Part shown: in pieces, positions 20,284 through 30,306 of the stretch | Layout of the letters: each line of letters begins with the position of its first letter | Numbering within the stretch: position 1 is the first letter of the stretch | Source of the DNA: Candidatus Gastranaerophilales bacterium | Lineage (GTDB): Bacteria; Cyanobacteriota; Vampirovibrionia; Gastranaerophilales; Gastranaerophilaceae | NCBI GenBank assembly: GCA_944323285.1 | Contig: CALURV010000024.1 | Coordinates: forward strand, 38,893-102,892 | Direction of reading: 5' to 3' | DNA length: 64,000 nucleotides | Made by a program: the position numbers and the translations under genes | Notes under the pieces: model-generated | What the model saw: only the letters and a program-made list of their open reading frames with translations | Told to the model about the DNA's origin: nothing | The model's database searches: none

Positions 20284-20429
20284 TTATACCTCGCTTTGTT
20301 ATATTAATGTTTGGCTCATTAACCAAATTCTCCTTTATTTATTGTACATGTTTACAAAATATTTAAAAGATAAAATAACTAATATTTAACATATTTAAAT
20401 TTTTATTATTTATATTGTAAAATATTAAA

Positions 20430-21383
20430 ATGAATGAAATTGAATTATTAGAAATTATAAATAATAACTTATCGTGTAATTCATATTTAGGCGATGACTG
20501 CGCTTTTTTAGATGATTTAAATATTTTTATTACTCACGATACCTTGGTTGAAGGTGTACATTTCTCAATGTATACAACTTCTGCATATTTATTGGGGAGA
20601 AAGTCAGTGGCTGTTAATTTAAGTGATATAGCAGCAGCTCTTTCTTGCCCTAAATATTTAACTATTTCTTTGTCACTTCCTTCAAATACTAAAAATAGTT
20701 TTGTTGAGGAATTTTATCGAGGAGTTAACGACATTTGCAATGAGTATAATGTTAAAGTTGTTGGCGGTGATATTACAGGTTCAGACAAAGTTGTTATTTC
20801 TGTCTGTGTAATAGGGAATAAAAATTCAAAATTTTTATCTTCAAGAAAATATGCAAAAAAAGGTGATTATGTTTTAACAACAGGCTTTCATGGCTCAAGT
20901 TCTGCAGGCTTATATGCATTATCTAATTTTTTATATTCTGATAAATCTTTATTAAACGCTCATTTAAATCCTGTTCCCAGACTAAAAGAAAGTGCTTTGA
21001 TAATCAATTCTTTGGACTCGAATATCGCTGTTATGGATTCTTCTGACGGATTAATTGATGCTTTATATAAAATTGCTATATCTAGTAAACATTCAATTGA
21101 AATAGATATTAACAAAGTCCCTGTTAGTGAAGAATTAGTTCATTTCTCAAAAACAAATAATCTTGATTATAAAGAGTTTGTTATGTGGGGAGGCGAGGAC
21201 TTTGAATTAATTGCTTGTGTTCCTGAAAGTTTGTATTTAAAACTTGATAAGAATTTGTTTACTTGTATTGGCAAAGTTCTTAATAAAGATTTATCTCCTT
21301 GTGTGTATGTTAGAGATAATAATGTTAAAGAAAAAATTAATAATGATATTTTTATGTCTAAAACTTTTAATCATTTTAAATGA
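20430..21383 (+). CDS. thiL: thiamine-monophosphate kinase
   Basis: LGDDCAFLD, THDTLVEGVHF, AVNLSDIAA and VVGGDIT motifs of the AIR-synthase-related ThiL family. Confidence 0.85.
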   Translation: MNEIELLEIINNNLSCNSYLGDDCAFLDDLNIFITHDTLVEGVHFSMYTTSAYLLGRKSVAVNLSDIAAALSCPKYLTISLSLPSNTKNSFVEEFYRGVNDICNEYNVKVVGGDITGSDKVVISVCVIGNKNSKFLSSRKYAKKGDYVLTTGFHGSSSAGLYALSNFLYSDKSLLNAHLNPVPRLKESALIINSLDSNIAVMDSSDGLIDALYKIAISSKHSIEIDINKVPVSEELVHFSKTNNLDYKEFVMWGGEDFELIACVPESLYLKLDKNLFTCIGKVLNKDLSPCVYVRDNNVKEKINNDIFMSKTFNHFK

Positions 21384-21475
21384 TAAATTAAGATATATTA
21401 AAAATGATAGGAATTTATAGCAAAAAAAATATTGTTTTCACTTAGTGCATGTGAATAGATAATTGGATAACAGCA

Positions 21476-23038
21476 ATGAATATTCTTACACAAAATATAG
21501 CCGCACAAAATCTTTCTACTAAAGGTCTGCAAACGAATGATGCTTCTTCTAGAAGGACTGTAAATCCAATATCGACAACAAAAACAACTATAATGTATAT
21601 GAATGATTTGCACGGTCAAGTTCCCAAAATGCAAAGATTATTATCAGCTGGTGAGCATGCTCAGTTTGTTGCAAAACAAAATGGTTCTGATATGTTAAAA
21701 CTTTGTTCAGGTGATACTTTTATAGGATCTGATGAGAAAAGAAATATTGTTGGTGCAAAATTTTTAGATTTAGCCGGTATTCATGCACAGGCTCCCGGTA
21801 ATCATGAATTTGATATAACTGCATCTATTTGTGGAAAATTGTTAAAAAATTCTAAAACGCATATTCTTGGTATGAATATGAATTTCCCTAATAATGATTC
21901 TGATTTAGCGAAGAAAGTTCTTCGCTCTACTATTATTCAAGGAGAAAGTGGTGAAAAATACGGCTTAATAGGTGTTCAGCCTTCTGATATGAATTCTCGT
22001 CTTAAAGATAAAAAAATTTTAGAAGGTATTACAATTGATGATAAAGATCAAACAATAAAAGAGTTAAAAGAAGAAGTTAAAAAACTTCAGGAACAAGGTG
22101 TAAATAAAATTATTTTGTTATCACATGAAGGTAATACTATTGAAAAAGAAATTGCTCAGACAGTAAGTGGTATTGATGTTATATTAGGTGGTCATTCTCA
22201 TGACTTGATAGAAAGTATCAGACCCGGAGAAAACATGTTTTATTCTCCAACGGGTGAACCTGTTGTTATTACTCAAGCCGGTAGAGATGGAAATCATTTC
22301 GGTATTTTAAATCTTGAATTTAATAAAGATGGTCAAATTACTTATGTTCAAAATAATGTATTAGATACAAATCTTTATTCACCAAACTTAATTATGTCTA
22401 AAACAATTGATTCAATACTGGGTGAATCACCTGAAATTGGTAATCTTAGACATGTAGACTCTATCCCTAAAAATAATTTAATTGAAGAAAACCCTTGGGC
22501 TGATTTTGTATCAGATGCAATTAGACAAAACTTGGAGGCTGATATCGTATTAATTAATTCTGCAAATTTTAGAGGTAGTGTTGATTACGGAAGGGTTACA
22601 GAAAGAGACATTACAAGTATTTTTCCATTTAATAATAAACTTTTTAAAGTAAAATTAAATGAAAAAGATTTAGTTGATGCAATTAAGCTATGTGGTCAAT
22701 CTTTATCCGCAAAAAATTCTAAACCTGGTATTATGCAGGTTTCAGGATTATCATATAAATTAGACAGAAGCGGTAACTTGTTAGAATTAATTTATGTTGA
22801 CAAGCAAGGTCATAAAAGGTTTATTGATGTTAATAATCCTAATCCGAATATGGTATATACCGCTGTTTACGATGAATTTCTTATAGGCGGTGGTGATAAC
22901 CTTGAAATGCTAAAACGTGATGATAAAGATATTCTGGAACGTTATACATTTGATAAAGATAAAGTTACAATTGATTATATTAAGGGTATTCAACAACCAT
23001 TTGAGGTTAGAAAAGATAATAGAATTCAAATTGTTTAG
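21476..23038 (+). CDS. bifunctional metallophosphatase/5'-nucleotidase family protein
   Basis: MNDLHG, GDTF.GS, GNHEFD and LSHEG..GGHSH calcineurin-like motifs, plus a C-terminal 5'-nucleotidase substrate-binding domain. No signal peptide. Confidence 0.8.
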   Translation: MNILTQNIAAQNLSTKGLQTNDASSRRTVNPISTTKTTIMYMNDLHGQVPKMQRLLSAGEHAQFVAKQNGSDMLKLCSGDTFIGSDEKRNIVGAKFLDLAGIHAQAPGNHEFDITASICGKLLKNSKTHILGMNMNFPNNDSDLAKKVLRSTIIQGESGEKYGLIGVQPSDMNSRLKDKKILEGITIDDKDQTIKELKEEVKKLQEQGVNKIILLSHEGNTIEKEIAQTVSGIDVILGGHSHDLIESIRPGENMFYSPTGEPVVITQAGRDGNHFGILNLEFNKDGQITYVQNNVLDTNLYSPNLIMSKTIDSILGESPEIGNLRHVDSIPKNNLIEENPWADFVSDAIRQNLEADIVLINSANFRGSVDYGRVTERDITSIFPFNNKLFKVKLNEKDLVDAIKLCGQSLSAKNSKPGIMQVSGLSYKLDRSGNLLELIYVDKQGHKRFIDVNNPNPNMVYTAVYDEFLIGGGDNLEMLKRDDKDILERYTFDKDKVTIDYIKGIQQPFEVRKDNRIQIV

Positions 23039-23136
23039 AATGGTTTCTTTATAAATATTTAATTTGACCTTTTTTTTCTTATTTTTTACAATAATAATGT
23101 TATATAGTACATGTTGTAAGAATTTTGGAGTATAAA

Positions 23137-24135
23137 ATGAAATTACATAACATAGGTGTAATAGGTTGTGGAATATGGGGAAAGAATGTTGTTAGGAATT
23201 TTTATAATTTGAACGCATTACATACAGTTTGTGATTTAGATGCTGAAAATAGAAAAAATTTAAGTGAATTATATCCTGATATATATCTTACTGCTGATTC
23301 AAATGAAGTTATTAATAATCCTGAAATTGAAGCAGTTGCTGTTGTTACTCCAAGCCATACTCACTATAAAATTGTAAAACAAGCAATTGAAGCAGGTAAA
23401 CATGTTTATGTAGAAAAACCTATATCTACAGTTTCAAGTGAGGCTATGGCTTTAGCTGAGCTTGCTGATAAGAATAATATTGTATTAATGGTTGGACATT
23501 TGTTAATGTATCATCCTGCTGTAAATAGGTTAAAAATGCTTATAAATGAAGGTATCTTGGGCGACATAACTTATGTCCAAAGCGATAGACTAAATATTAA
23601 TCATTTTAAAAATGATAGAAGTGTGATGTGGGATTTAGCTCCTCATGATGTTTCTATGACAAGTTACATTTTAGGTAAAGAACCTGTTAGAGTTATTAGT
23701 GCTGTCGGAGCTTCTTCTGATAATAATGATATTATGGACATTACCCATGTTACCATTGAATATGAAGGAAATATTATTGCTCATATTTCTGATAGCTGGA
23801 TTCATCCTCAAAAGAGGGTAAATTTGTTGGTAAGAGGGACAAAGGCTACTGCTATTTTTGATGATACACTTGCTGAAAATAAATTACAAATTTTTGAAAG
23901 TTCAAGTCCTAAAGTCTCTAAAACAGAAGTTCTTGATTATATAGAAATTGAACCTTTAAAATTAGAATGTCAACACTTTCTAAATTGTATAGAACAAGGT
24001 AAGCAAGCAAGAAGCGATGGTCATAATGGTTTTAATGTAGTTAAAATTTTAGAAGATGCAGAAAAAATAATGTTAGGCGAAAAGGTTAAAAAACTAGATA
24101 ATGTTAGTTTTGCTTTATCGAGAAGTAAAAGATAA
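23137..24135 (+). CDS. Gfo/Idh/MocA-family NAD(P)-dependent oxidoreductase
   Basis: IGVIGCGIWGKN Rossmann start and the EKP motif (VYVEKPIS). Start moved to the ATG preceded by GGAGTATAAA; the track ORF begins at a TTG inside the SD. Confidence 0.85.
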   Translation: MKLHNIGVIGCGIWGKNVVRNFYNLNALHTVCDLDAENRKNLSELYPDIYLTADSNEVINNPEIEAVAVVTPSHTHYKIVKQAIEAGKHVYVEKPISTVSSEAMALAELADKNNIVLMVGHLLMYHPAVNRLKMLINEGILGDITYVQSDRLNINHFKNDRSVMWDLAPHDVSMTSYILGKEPVRVISAVGASSDNNDIMDITHVTIEYEGNIIAHISDSWIHPQKRVNLLVRGTKATAIFDDTLAENKLQIFESSSPKVSKTEVLDYIEIEPLKLECQHFLNCIEQGKQARSDGHNGFNVVKILEDAEKIMLGEKVKKLDNVSFALSRSKR

Positions 24136-24152
24136 TTTGATAGGGGTAAATA

Positions 24153-24788
24153 ATGGCTAATTTATTAACAATATTAAGAATGATACTTGCTGTAATTGCA
24201 ATTGAATTTCTTTTTACAGGTAATCCTGCTTTAAGTATTGGTGCTATATTCTTAACATTACTTGTTATAATTTTAGATGGTTTAGATGGTTATGTTGCAC
24301 GAAAATTAAATGAACAGTCTAAATTTGGTTCTGTTTTTGATATTTTAGGTGATAGAGTTGTTGAAAACCTTTATTGGATTGCTTTTGCTGTAATAGGAAC
24401 TGTTGGCGTTTGGGTCCCTATGGTTGTTGTTACAAGAGGTATTATTACTGATGGTTTGAGAAGTATAGCTCTTGCAAAAGGGTATACTGCATTCGGTGAT
24501 TCTTCTATGATGAAGAATAAGTTTTGTCATTTCTTAACTGCTTCAAGATTTTCTAGAGCAATATATGGTGTTGCTAAAACTTTGGTATTTTTAATGCTTA
24601 TTATTGCTTATATACCTAATTTTGAATATTATGATGCATTAACTGTTGACCAGTTTGTCTATTATAGTAATATTCAGCCTTATTTAATAACAACAGCAAA
24701 TGTTTTGGTATATATTACCGTTGCAATGTGTGTTATAAGGGGACTTCCTGTTATTTTTGAAAGTAAAAGATATATAAATGAAGATTAA
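24153..24788 (+). CDS. CDP-alcohol phosphatidyltransferase family protein
   Basis: DGLDGYVARKLNEQSKFGSVFDILGDR fits D-G-x2-A-R-x8-G-x3-D-x3-D; polytopic membrane protein. Confidence 0.8.
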   Translation: MANLLTILRMILAVIAIEFLFTGNPALSIGAIFLTLLVIILDGLDGYVARKLNEQSKFGSVFDILGDRVVENLYWIAFAVIGTVGVWVPMVVVTRGIITDGLRSIALAKGYTAFGDSSMMKNKFCHFLTASRFSRAIYGVAKTLVFLMLIIAYIPNFEYYDALTVDQFVYYSNIQPYLITTANVLVYITVAMCVIRGLPVIFESKRYINED

Positions 24789-25239
24789 CTCAAAATATAA
24801 TGTTGTATTATATGAACCAGAAATACCTCAAAATACTGGTAACATAGCAAGACTTTGTTCTTGTTGTGGTGCAAGATTATTTTTAGTTGGAAAATTGGGA
24901 TTTTCCTTATCTGATAAATATTTAAAAAGAGCAGGGTTAGATTATTGGGATAGTGTTGAAATTATAAAATATGATAATTTAGATGATTTAATTGCAGATT
25001 TTCCTAATTCTAACTTTTATTATCTTACTACTAAGTCAAAAAATATTTATACAAACTTTAATTTTAAAAGTGGTGATTTTTTTGTATTTGGTCCTGAAAC
25101 AAGAGGATTGCCAGAGGATTTATTAAAGAAAAATAATAAGTCTGCCGTTACTATTCCTATGTTAGATGGACGAAGAAGTTTGAATCTTTCTAATTCTGTG
25201 GCAATTGTTATATATGAGGCAATAAGACAAAATGGCTAA
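24778..25239 (+). CDS. trmL: tRNA (cytidine/uridine-2'-O)-methyltransferase, SpoU/TrmL type
   Basis: YEPEIPQNTGNIARLC, FGPETRGLP and SLNLSNSVAIVIYE SPOUT motifs; 153 aa. Confidence 0.85.
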   Translation: MKINSKYNVVLYEPEIPQNTGNIARLCSCCGARLFLVGKLGFSLSDKYLKRAGLDYWDSVEIIKYDNLDDLIADFPNSNFYYLTTKSKNIYTNFNFKSGDFFVFGPETRGLPEDLLKKNNKSAVTIPMLDGRRSLNLSNSVAIVIYEAIRQNG

Positions 25240-26101
25240 TAATATTAATAAAAAATTTATAAGTACTTTATTACCCAAAAGAACACAAAACTCTAATAAA
25301 TCAACTTATGGTCGTATATTAAATATTGCAGGTTCTGCTTTTTATCCGGGTGCTGCATATTTGTCTTCTGTATCTGCATTAAGAATTGGGGCAGGTTATG
25401 TTTCTCTTGCTTGTATTCCGCAATTAATTAATGTTATTTCTTCAATGGCGCCAGAAATTACATATTTGCCTTTGAATTCTTCTTCTATTGGGTGTATTGA
25501 TTCTAATAATAATATTAAAGATTTATCGAGTTATAATGTTATTTCTTTAGGTTGTGGTATTACTACTAATGAGTCAACTAAAAAATTTATTTTAGAGTTG
25601 ATTTCTCTTATTAATGAAAGACAAAGACTAATTATTGATGCAGATGGTATTAATATAATAGCTATGAATAAAAGTAATATTTATTTAAAGAATGCAATTA
25701 TAACCCCTCATCCAAAAGAACTTTCAAGACTACTAAATGTAAGTGTTGCCGAAATAAATGATAATAGAGAAAAATACGCAAGAATTACATCTCAAACATA
25801 TGAATGTATTACTGTATTAAAAGGAAATCAAACAATTGTAACAAATGGTGAAAAAATATATATAAATCAAAGTGGTAATTCTGCTTTAGCTAAAGCTGGA
25901 ACTGGTGATGTTCTTACAGGTATTATTGCAGGACTTGCTGCTCAAAAACTTTCACCACTTGATGCAGCTTTAGTTGGTGTGTTTATTCATGGTTTATCAG
26001 GTGATATTGCTTCTTCTGATATGACAGAGTATTCTGTTCTTGCTTCTGATGTTATTGAATATATTCCTTTTGCACTAAAGGAAATAATTACAGAGGAATA
26101 G
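25232..26101 (+). CDS. nnrD: ADP-dependent NAD(P)H-hydrate dehydratase (YjeF C-terminal type)
   Basis: KSTYGRILNIAGS..YPGAA, TPHPKE and AKAGTGDVLTGIIAG motifs. Confidence 0.85.
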   Translation: MANNINKKFISTLLPKRTQNSNKSTYGRILNIAGSAFYPGAAYLSSVSALRIGAGYVSLACIPQLINVISSMAPEITYLPLNSSSIGCIDSNNNIKDLSSYNVISLGCGITTNESTKKFILELISLINERQRLIIDADGINIIAMNKSNIYLKNAIITPHPKELSRLLNVSVAEINDNREKYARITSQTYECITVLKGNQTIVTNGEKIYINQSGNSALAKAGTGDVLTGIIAGLAAQKLSPLDAALVGVFIHGLSGDIASSDMTEYSVLASDVIEYIPFALKEIITEE

Positions 26102-26110
26102 TTTTTTATA

Positions 26111-27037
26111 ATGGAAGATATTAAATTAATACAGGAAAAATTAAAGCAAAATCCTAATGATTATAATCTTTTAGAAGAGTATGCTGTTATGCTTTCTGAT
26201 ATTGGTGAAAATGAAGAAGCTTTAAAAAGTTTTATTTTCTTAAAAGATAAATTCCCAAATAATCCTAAAATTCTATATAATATTGGTATAATTTTAGAAA
26301 AATTAAAATATTATGATGAGGCAATAACTTCTTATATTAATGCTTTGAATATTTCTCCTAATGATACTGATATAATGTATAACTTGGCTAATGTTTATAT
26401 TACCATTAAGAATTATGATAATGCTGAAAAATTATTTTCTCAAGTAATACAAAAAGATAAAAATGATGCTAATTCATATTTCCATCTTGGTGAAATATAT
26501 TCTAAAAAAAAGTTTCATTCTAAAGCCATTGAGCATTTGACTAAAGCTATAGAGCTTAATAGTGATGATATTATTGCTAAATTTTATTTGGCTTATGAAT
26601 ACAAATCAATTGGTGAGGTTGATTCAGCTATTAATTGGTATAATAATGTTTTAGCTCAAAATCCTGATTATAGCTGGGCTTATTATAATTTAGCTTTAAT
26701 ATATTTAGAAAAGGGTGTTGATAATAAAGCCATTTCATTTTTAGAAAATACAATCAAAACTAATCCTTTAGATAAGGATGCAATTAAATTACTTGTTAAG
26801 GTTTATGCAAAACATAAAAAATATTTATTTGCAGAAAAAATTTTAAAGCAAGCTATAATCGATTTGCCGCAAGAAGCTGATTTTTGTTATTTATTAGCTA
26901 AAATATATAAAGAATCAAAAAATAAAATTAATTACATAAAATATTTAAAATATACTATAAATAAACAAGTAACTTTTTCAGGAAATATAAAGCAAGTTGA
27001 AGAAGAGCTAAAGCAGGCTAGTGAAAGTAAAAATTGA
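26111..27037 (+). CDS. tetratricopeptide-repeat protein
   Basis: Multiple 34-aa TPR units (e.g. YNLANVYITIKNYDNAEKLFSQVIQKDKNDANSYFHLGEIY). Confidence 0.85.
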   Translation: MEDIKLIQEKLKQNPNDYNLLEEYAVMLSDIGENEEALKSFIFLKDKFPNNPKILYNIGIILEKLKYYDEAITSYINALNISPNDTDIMYNLANVYITIKNYDNAEKLFSQVIQKDKNDANSYFHLGEIYSKKKFHSKAIEHLTKAIELNSDDIIAKFYLAYEYKSIGEVDSAINWYNNVLAQNPDYSWAYYNLALIYLEKGVDNKAISFLENTIKTNPLDKDAIKLLVKVYAKHKKYLFAEKILKQAIIDLPQEADFCYLLAKIYKESKNKINYIKYLKYTINKQVTFSGNIKQVEEELKQASESKN

Positions 27038-27062
27038 GAATTCAAAAAGAATTCTCAATTTT
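27034..27062. terminator. bidirectional intrinsic terminator shared by the TPR gene and the SRP RNA
   Basis: TTGAGAATTC-AAAAA-GAATTCTCAA perfect 10-bp stem followed by T-runs on both strands. Abuts the SRP RNA 3' end. Confidence 0.8.
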
Positions 27063-27319
27063 GCCGTGCCACTACCTATCGACAATTATAAATATGGTTT
27101 TATTTATATTTATCTCCCTCAAAAATAATTACACCCATAGTTTACATCTTAGTGCTGCTATGTTCCCATCCTGACACGGTTCGATGGACTACGCCATAAA
27201 TACTTTTGCTATCAGCAATAAAGATAAACTCTGCCGTATTCACAAGTGCCTCACAGTAGGCTCTGCACCCCGCTGTGCGTTCGGGTCAAGAGATCCGCAA
27301 TGTCCCCGTGGAGCACGGC
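27063..27319 (-). ncRNA. ffs: signal recognition particle RNA, long (Alu-domain-containing, Bacillus-type) form
   Basis: On the minus strand, CGUGUCAGGAUGGGAACAUAGCAGCACUAAG matches the conserved helix-8 / domain IV core (GUCAGGUCCGGAAGGAAGCAGC). The 5' GCCGUGC pairs with the 3' GCACGGC. The GC-rich ~257-nt island has no ORF and has its own promoter and terminator. Confidence 0.85.
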
Positions 27320-27325
27320 TATATT

Positions 27326-27354
27326 ATTTTAAAATAAAAATTATTTTCTTGCAA
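27326..27354 (-). promoter_or_regulatory. sigma-70-type promoter of the SRP RNA
   Basis: Minus strand reads TTGCAA-N17-TAAAAT-N6-G, placing the start at the first base of the terminal SRP RNA helix. Confidence 0.5.
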
Positions 27355-27356
27355 AT

Positions 27357-28601
27357 TTAATTTTTATATAGTTCTTCCTCTATACGTATTAATTGATTAT
27401 ATTTTGATGTCCTTTCGCTCCTTGATAGTGATCCGGTTTTTATTTGTCCTGCATTTACTGCTACGGATAAATCCGCTATAAATGTATCTTCTGTTTCTCC
27501 TGATCTGTGTGAGATAATTGTTTTGTATCCGTTTTTTTGTGCAAGATATATTGTTTCAAGAGTTTCTGTCAATGTTCCGGTTTGATTTGGTTTTATTAAA
27601 ATTGCATTTGCTATTTTTCTTTCTATTCCTTCTTTTAATCTTTTATAGTTAGTTACAAATAAATCATCACCAACAATTTGACATTTTTCGTTAAGGTTTT
27701 TTGTTATTTCTTTCCATCCTTCTTTATCATCTTGATCTAAACAGTCTTCTATTGAAATTATTGGATATTTATTAATCAAGTTTGAAATATAGTTAATCAT
27801 TTCGGTACTTGTAAATTCTTTATTCTCACCAGCTAATATATATTTGCCATTTTTATATAATTCAGATGCTGCTATATCAAGACATATCTTAACCTCATCT
27901 GTTGAAAATCCGGTATTTTTTATTGCTTCAATTATTGTGTCAAGTGATTCAGTATTTGAATTAAAATTTGGCGCAAATCCACCTTCATCTCCTACAGTTG
28001 TTGAATAACCATTTTTTTCTAGTATTTTTTTTAATTCGTGAAAAATTTCAACACCTATTTTTAAGCTTTCTTTTATACTGCAGGCTTTTATTGGCTGTAT
28101 CATAAATTCCTGAAAGTCTAATTTATTATTTGCGTGGGCTCCTCCATTAATTATGTTCATCATTGGTATTGGTATTATATATCCATAAATACCGCCTATA
28201 TATTTATATAATGGTAAATTTTTACTTTTTGCAGCCGCTTTTGCTATTGCTAAAGATACACTTAATATTGTATTTGCACCCAGATGTTGTTTATTAGTTG
28301 TGCCATCTTTTTCAATCATTAAATAATCAATTTCTCTTTGATCATATATGCTTTTACCTATTAACAGAGGTTTAATTACTTTTTCTATATTATTAATTGA
28401 TTTGAATATGCTTTTACCAAAATAATTTTTTTCCTCTTTATCTCTTAGTTCTAATGCCTCATATTTTCCTGTAGATGCTCCTGATGGAATACTGCATCTT
28501 CCAATGCTTCCGTCATTTAATATTACATCTGTTTCTATTGTTGGTATTCCTCGTGAATCGATTATTTGTCTCGAAATTATGTTTTCAATTATTGTTTTCA
28601 T
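27357..28601 (-). CDS. eno: enolase (phosphopyruvate hydratase)
   Basis: IDSRGIPTIETDV, SIPSGASTGKYEALELRD, IEDCLDQDD and LIKPNQTGTLTE motifs; 414 aa. Confidence 0.95.
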   Translation of the reverse strand: MKTIIENIISRQIIDSRGIPTIETDVILNDGSIGRCSIPSGASTGKYEALELRDKEEKNYFGKSIFKSINNIEKVIKPLLIGKSIYDQREIDYLMIEKDGTTNKQHLGANTILSVSLAIAKAAAKSKNLPLYKYIGGIYGYIIPIPMMNIINGGAHANNKLDFQEFMIQPIKACSIKESLKIGVEIFHELKKILEKNGYSTTVGDEGGFAPNFNSNTESLDTIIEAIKNTGFSTDEVKICLDIAASELYKNGKYILAGENKEFTSTEMINYISNLINKYPIISIEDCLDQDDKEGWKEITKNLNEKCQIVGDDLFVTNYKRLKEGIERKIANAILIKPNQTGTLTETLETIYLAQKNGYKTIISHRSGETEDTFIADLSVAVNAGQIKTGSLSRSERTSKYNQLIRIEEELYKN

Positions 28602-28688
28602 TTTAATTATCCCTCCGTTTTTATGAAAACAATCTCACGTATTTTTATAATATGGTATAATCTACATGTATATATTTATGGAGGTAAT

Positions 28689-29423
28689 ATGAAAAGTTCT
28701 AATCCAATATTAAGAGATAATTTATTAGAGCAAACTTACGCATTAACTGAAAGGCCTATGAGTATTTCAGGTACTATGAACAAACTATTAATTCTTTCTT
28801 TAATAATGCTAGCTGGTGCTGCAGCTGTGTTTTATCAATTCTCATTGCAACATTTTGATTTTGTAAATATGATTATGACAGCAGGTATAATTGTAGGTTT
28901 TATTTGCGCGATAATTATTGCTTTTAAAGCAGATTTAACCAAATATCTTGCACCGATTTATGCTTTTTCTCAAGGTGCAGTTTTGTCAGGCATTTCTTGC
29001 TTTTTCGAAAAAGTTTATCCGGGTATTGTTATTCAGGCAATTTCAATGACTTTAATTGTGGTATTTTCAATGGCCATGCTTTTTAAATTAGGTGCTATTA
29101 AAGCAACTGAAAAATTTAAAGCTGTAATTTTTATTGCGACACTGGCTATTTTAATTTTTTATGTTGTATCTTTTATAATGTCTTTTTTTGGTGCATTGCC
29201 GACTTATTTTTATTCAAATTCCAATATTTCAATTGTAATCAATGTTGTTATTGCTGTTATTGCTGCATTAAATTTAATTATTGATTTCGATTTTATTGAA
29301 AAAGGAGTACAAGCTCCGCTCCCTTCTTCTTATGAATGGTATGGTGCTTTTGGACTTTTGGTTACAATCTTATGGCTTTACATTGAAATACTAAGACTTT
29401 TGTCTAGATTAAGAAATAGATAA
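28689..29423 (+). CDS. Bax-inhibitor-1/YccA-family membrane protein
   Basis: Start set to the ATG preceded by GGAGGTAAT, which removes the overlap with eno. MKSSNPILR... N-terminus followed by about 7 TM helices, typical of the BI-1-like family. Confidence 0.65.
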   Translation: MKSSNPILRDNLLEQTYALTERPMSISGTMNKLLILSLIMLAGAAAVFYQFSLQHFDFVNMIMTAGIIVGFICAIIIAFKADLTKYLAPIYAFSQGAVLSGISCFFEKVYPGIVIQAISMTLIVVFSMAMLFKLGAIKATEKFKAVIFIATLAILIFYVVSFIMSFFGALPTYFYSNSNISIVINVVIAVIAALNLIIDFDFIEKGVQAPLPSSYEWYGAFGLLVTILWLYIEILRLLSRLRNR

Positions 29424-29426
29424 TTT

Positions 29427-30305
29427 ATGAAAATTATAAAAATTATATTTATTAATATTCTTTTTCTTATTCTTTTATTAGGTATTTTTGAATTGATTTT
29501 ATTTTTTTATTATTCTAACAAAGAACCTAATGAAAAATATCATATTGGAAAAATACCTTATATTAATTTATTAACTCCCGACAGGTTTAGACCGCCTGTT
29601 GGAGTTAATTATAATAAAAGACCAATTATAATTTTAGGTTGTTCTTTTGCTTTTGGTCAATATCTAAATGAAAATCAAACTTTAGGCTATAAATTAGCGA
29701 ATTATTCTCATAGGCCTGTTTATAATTATGCAGTTTGTGGTAAAGGTATTCAAAATGCTTTATTTATATTGCAAAATAAGTTATATGATACATCTATTAA
29801 AGATCCAGAATTTATAATTTATGTTATGATGAGTGATCATATTCGTCGATTATATACTAATGTTTGTATGGGTGATTTTGTCGGTTATCCTGATTATAGA
29901 ATTGATAAGAATGGTAATATTAAGTTGTATAGAGATTATTTCCCAGTATATAGACAGTTTTATACTTTTTATTATTTTAATAATTTATTTTATAAATATA
30001 TATTGAGAAAAAATTATAAACGCCATAATTTGTATATTAATGCTTATTTTGAAGAAATGAATAAAGAAATTAAAAAACAATTTCCTAATATAAAATTTGT
30101 AATATTAATTTATGGAGATAAAAATAATTTTGGGCTTGATTTATCTAAATTAGAAAAAGATGGATTTATAATTTTGCAAACAGATGAAATCTCTGGTGTT
30201 AATCTTTTACAACGTAAATATCAATTATCTGAAACGGATACTCACCCAACCGAAGAAGCTTGGGATATTATTATTCCAGCTTTAGTAAATAGGTTATGTT
30301 TATAA
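29427..30305 (+). CDS. membrane-anchored SGNH/GDSL-like hydrolase or acyltransferase, paralogue 1
   Basis: N-terminal TM anchor, block-I-like IIILGCSFAFGQ, Gly block YNYAVCGKGIQ, C-terminal TDTHPTEEAW (Asp/His block). Same 292-aa length as the next gene and alignable with it throughout. Confidence 0.5.
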   Translation: MKIIKIIFINILFLILLLGIFELILFFYYSNKEPNEKYHIGKIPYINLLTPDRFRPPVGVNYNKRPIIILGCSFAFGQYLNENQTLGYKLANYSHRPVYNYAVCGKGIQNALFILQNKLYDTSIKDPEFIIYVMMSDHIRRLYTNVCMGDFVGYPDYRIDKNGNIKLYRDYFPVYRQFYTFYYFNNLFYKYILRKNYKRHNLYINAYFEEMNKEIKKQFPNIKFVILIYGDKNNFGLDLSKLEKDGFIILQTDEISGVNLLQRKYQLSETDTHPTEEAWDIIIPALVNRLCL

Positions 30306-30306
30306 A

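Noticed and set aside
20284-20429. Looked for a TPP riboswitch upstream of thiL.
   Set aside because: The spacer is almost pure A/T. It lacks the conserved CUGAGA and ACCUGAUCUGGAUAAUGCCAGCG-like elements, and no structured GC-containing core is visible.
28566-28688. N-terminal 41-codon extension of the BI-1-family ORF, overlapping the start of eno on the opposite strand.
   Set aside because: The extension has no SD. The internal ATG at 28689 is preceded by GGAGGTAAT and gives the family-typical MKSSNPILR N-terminus.
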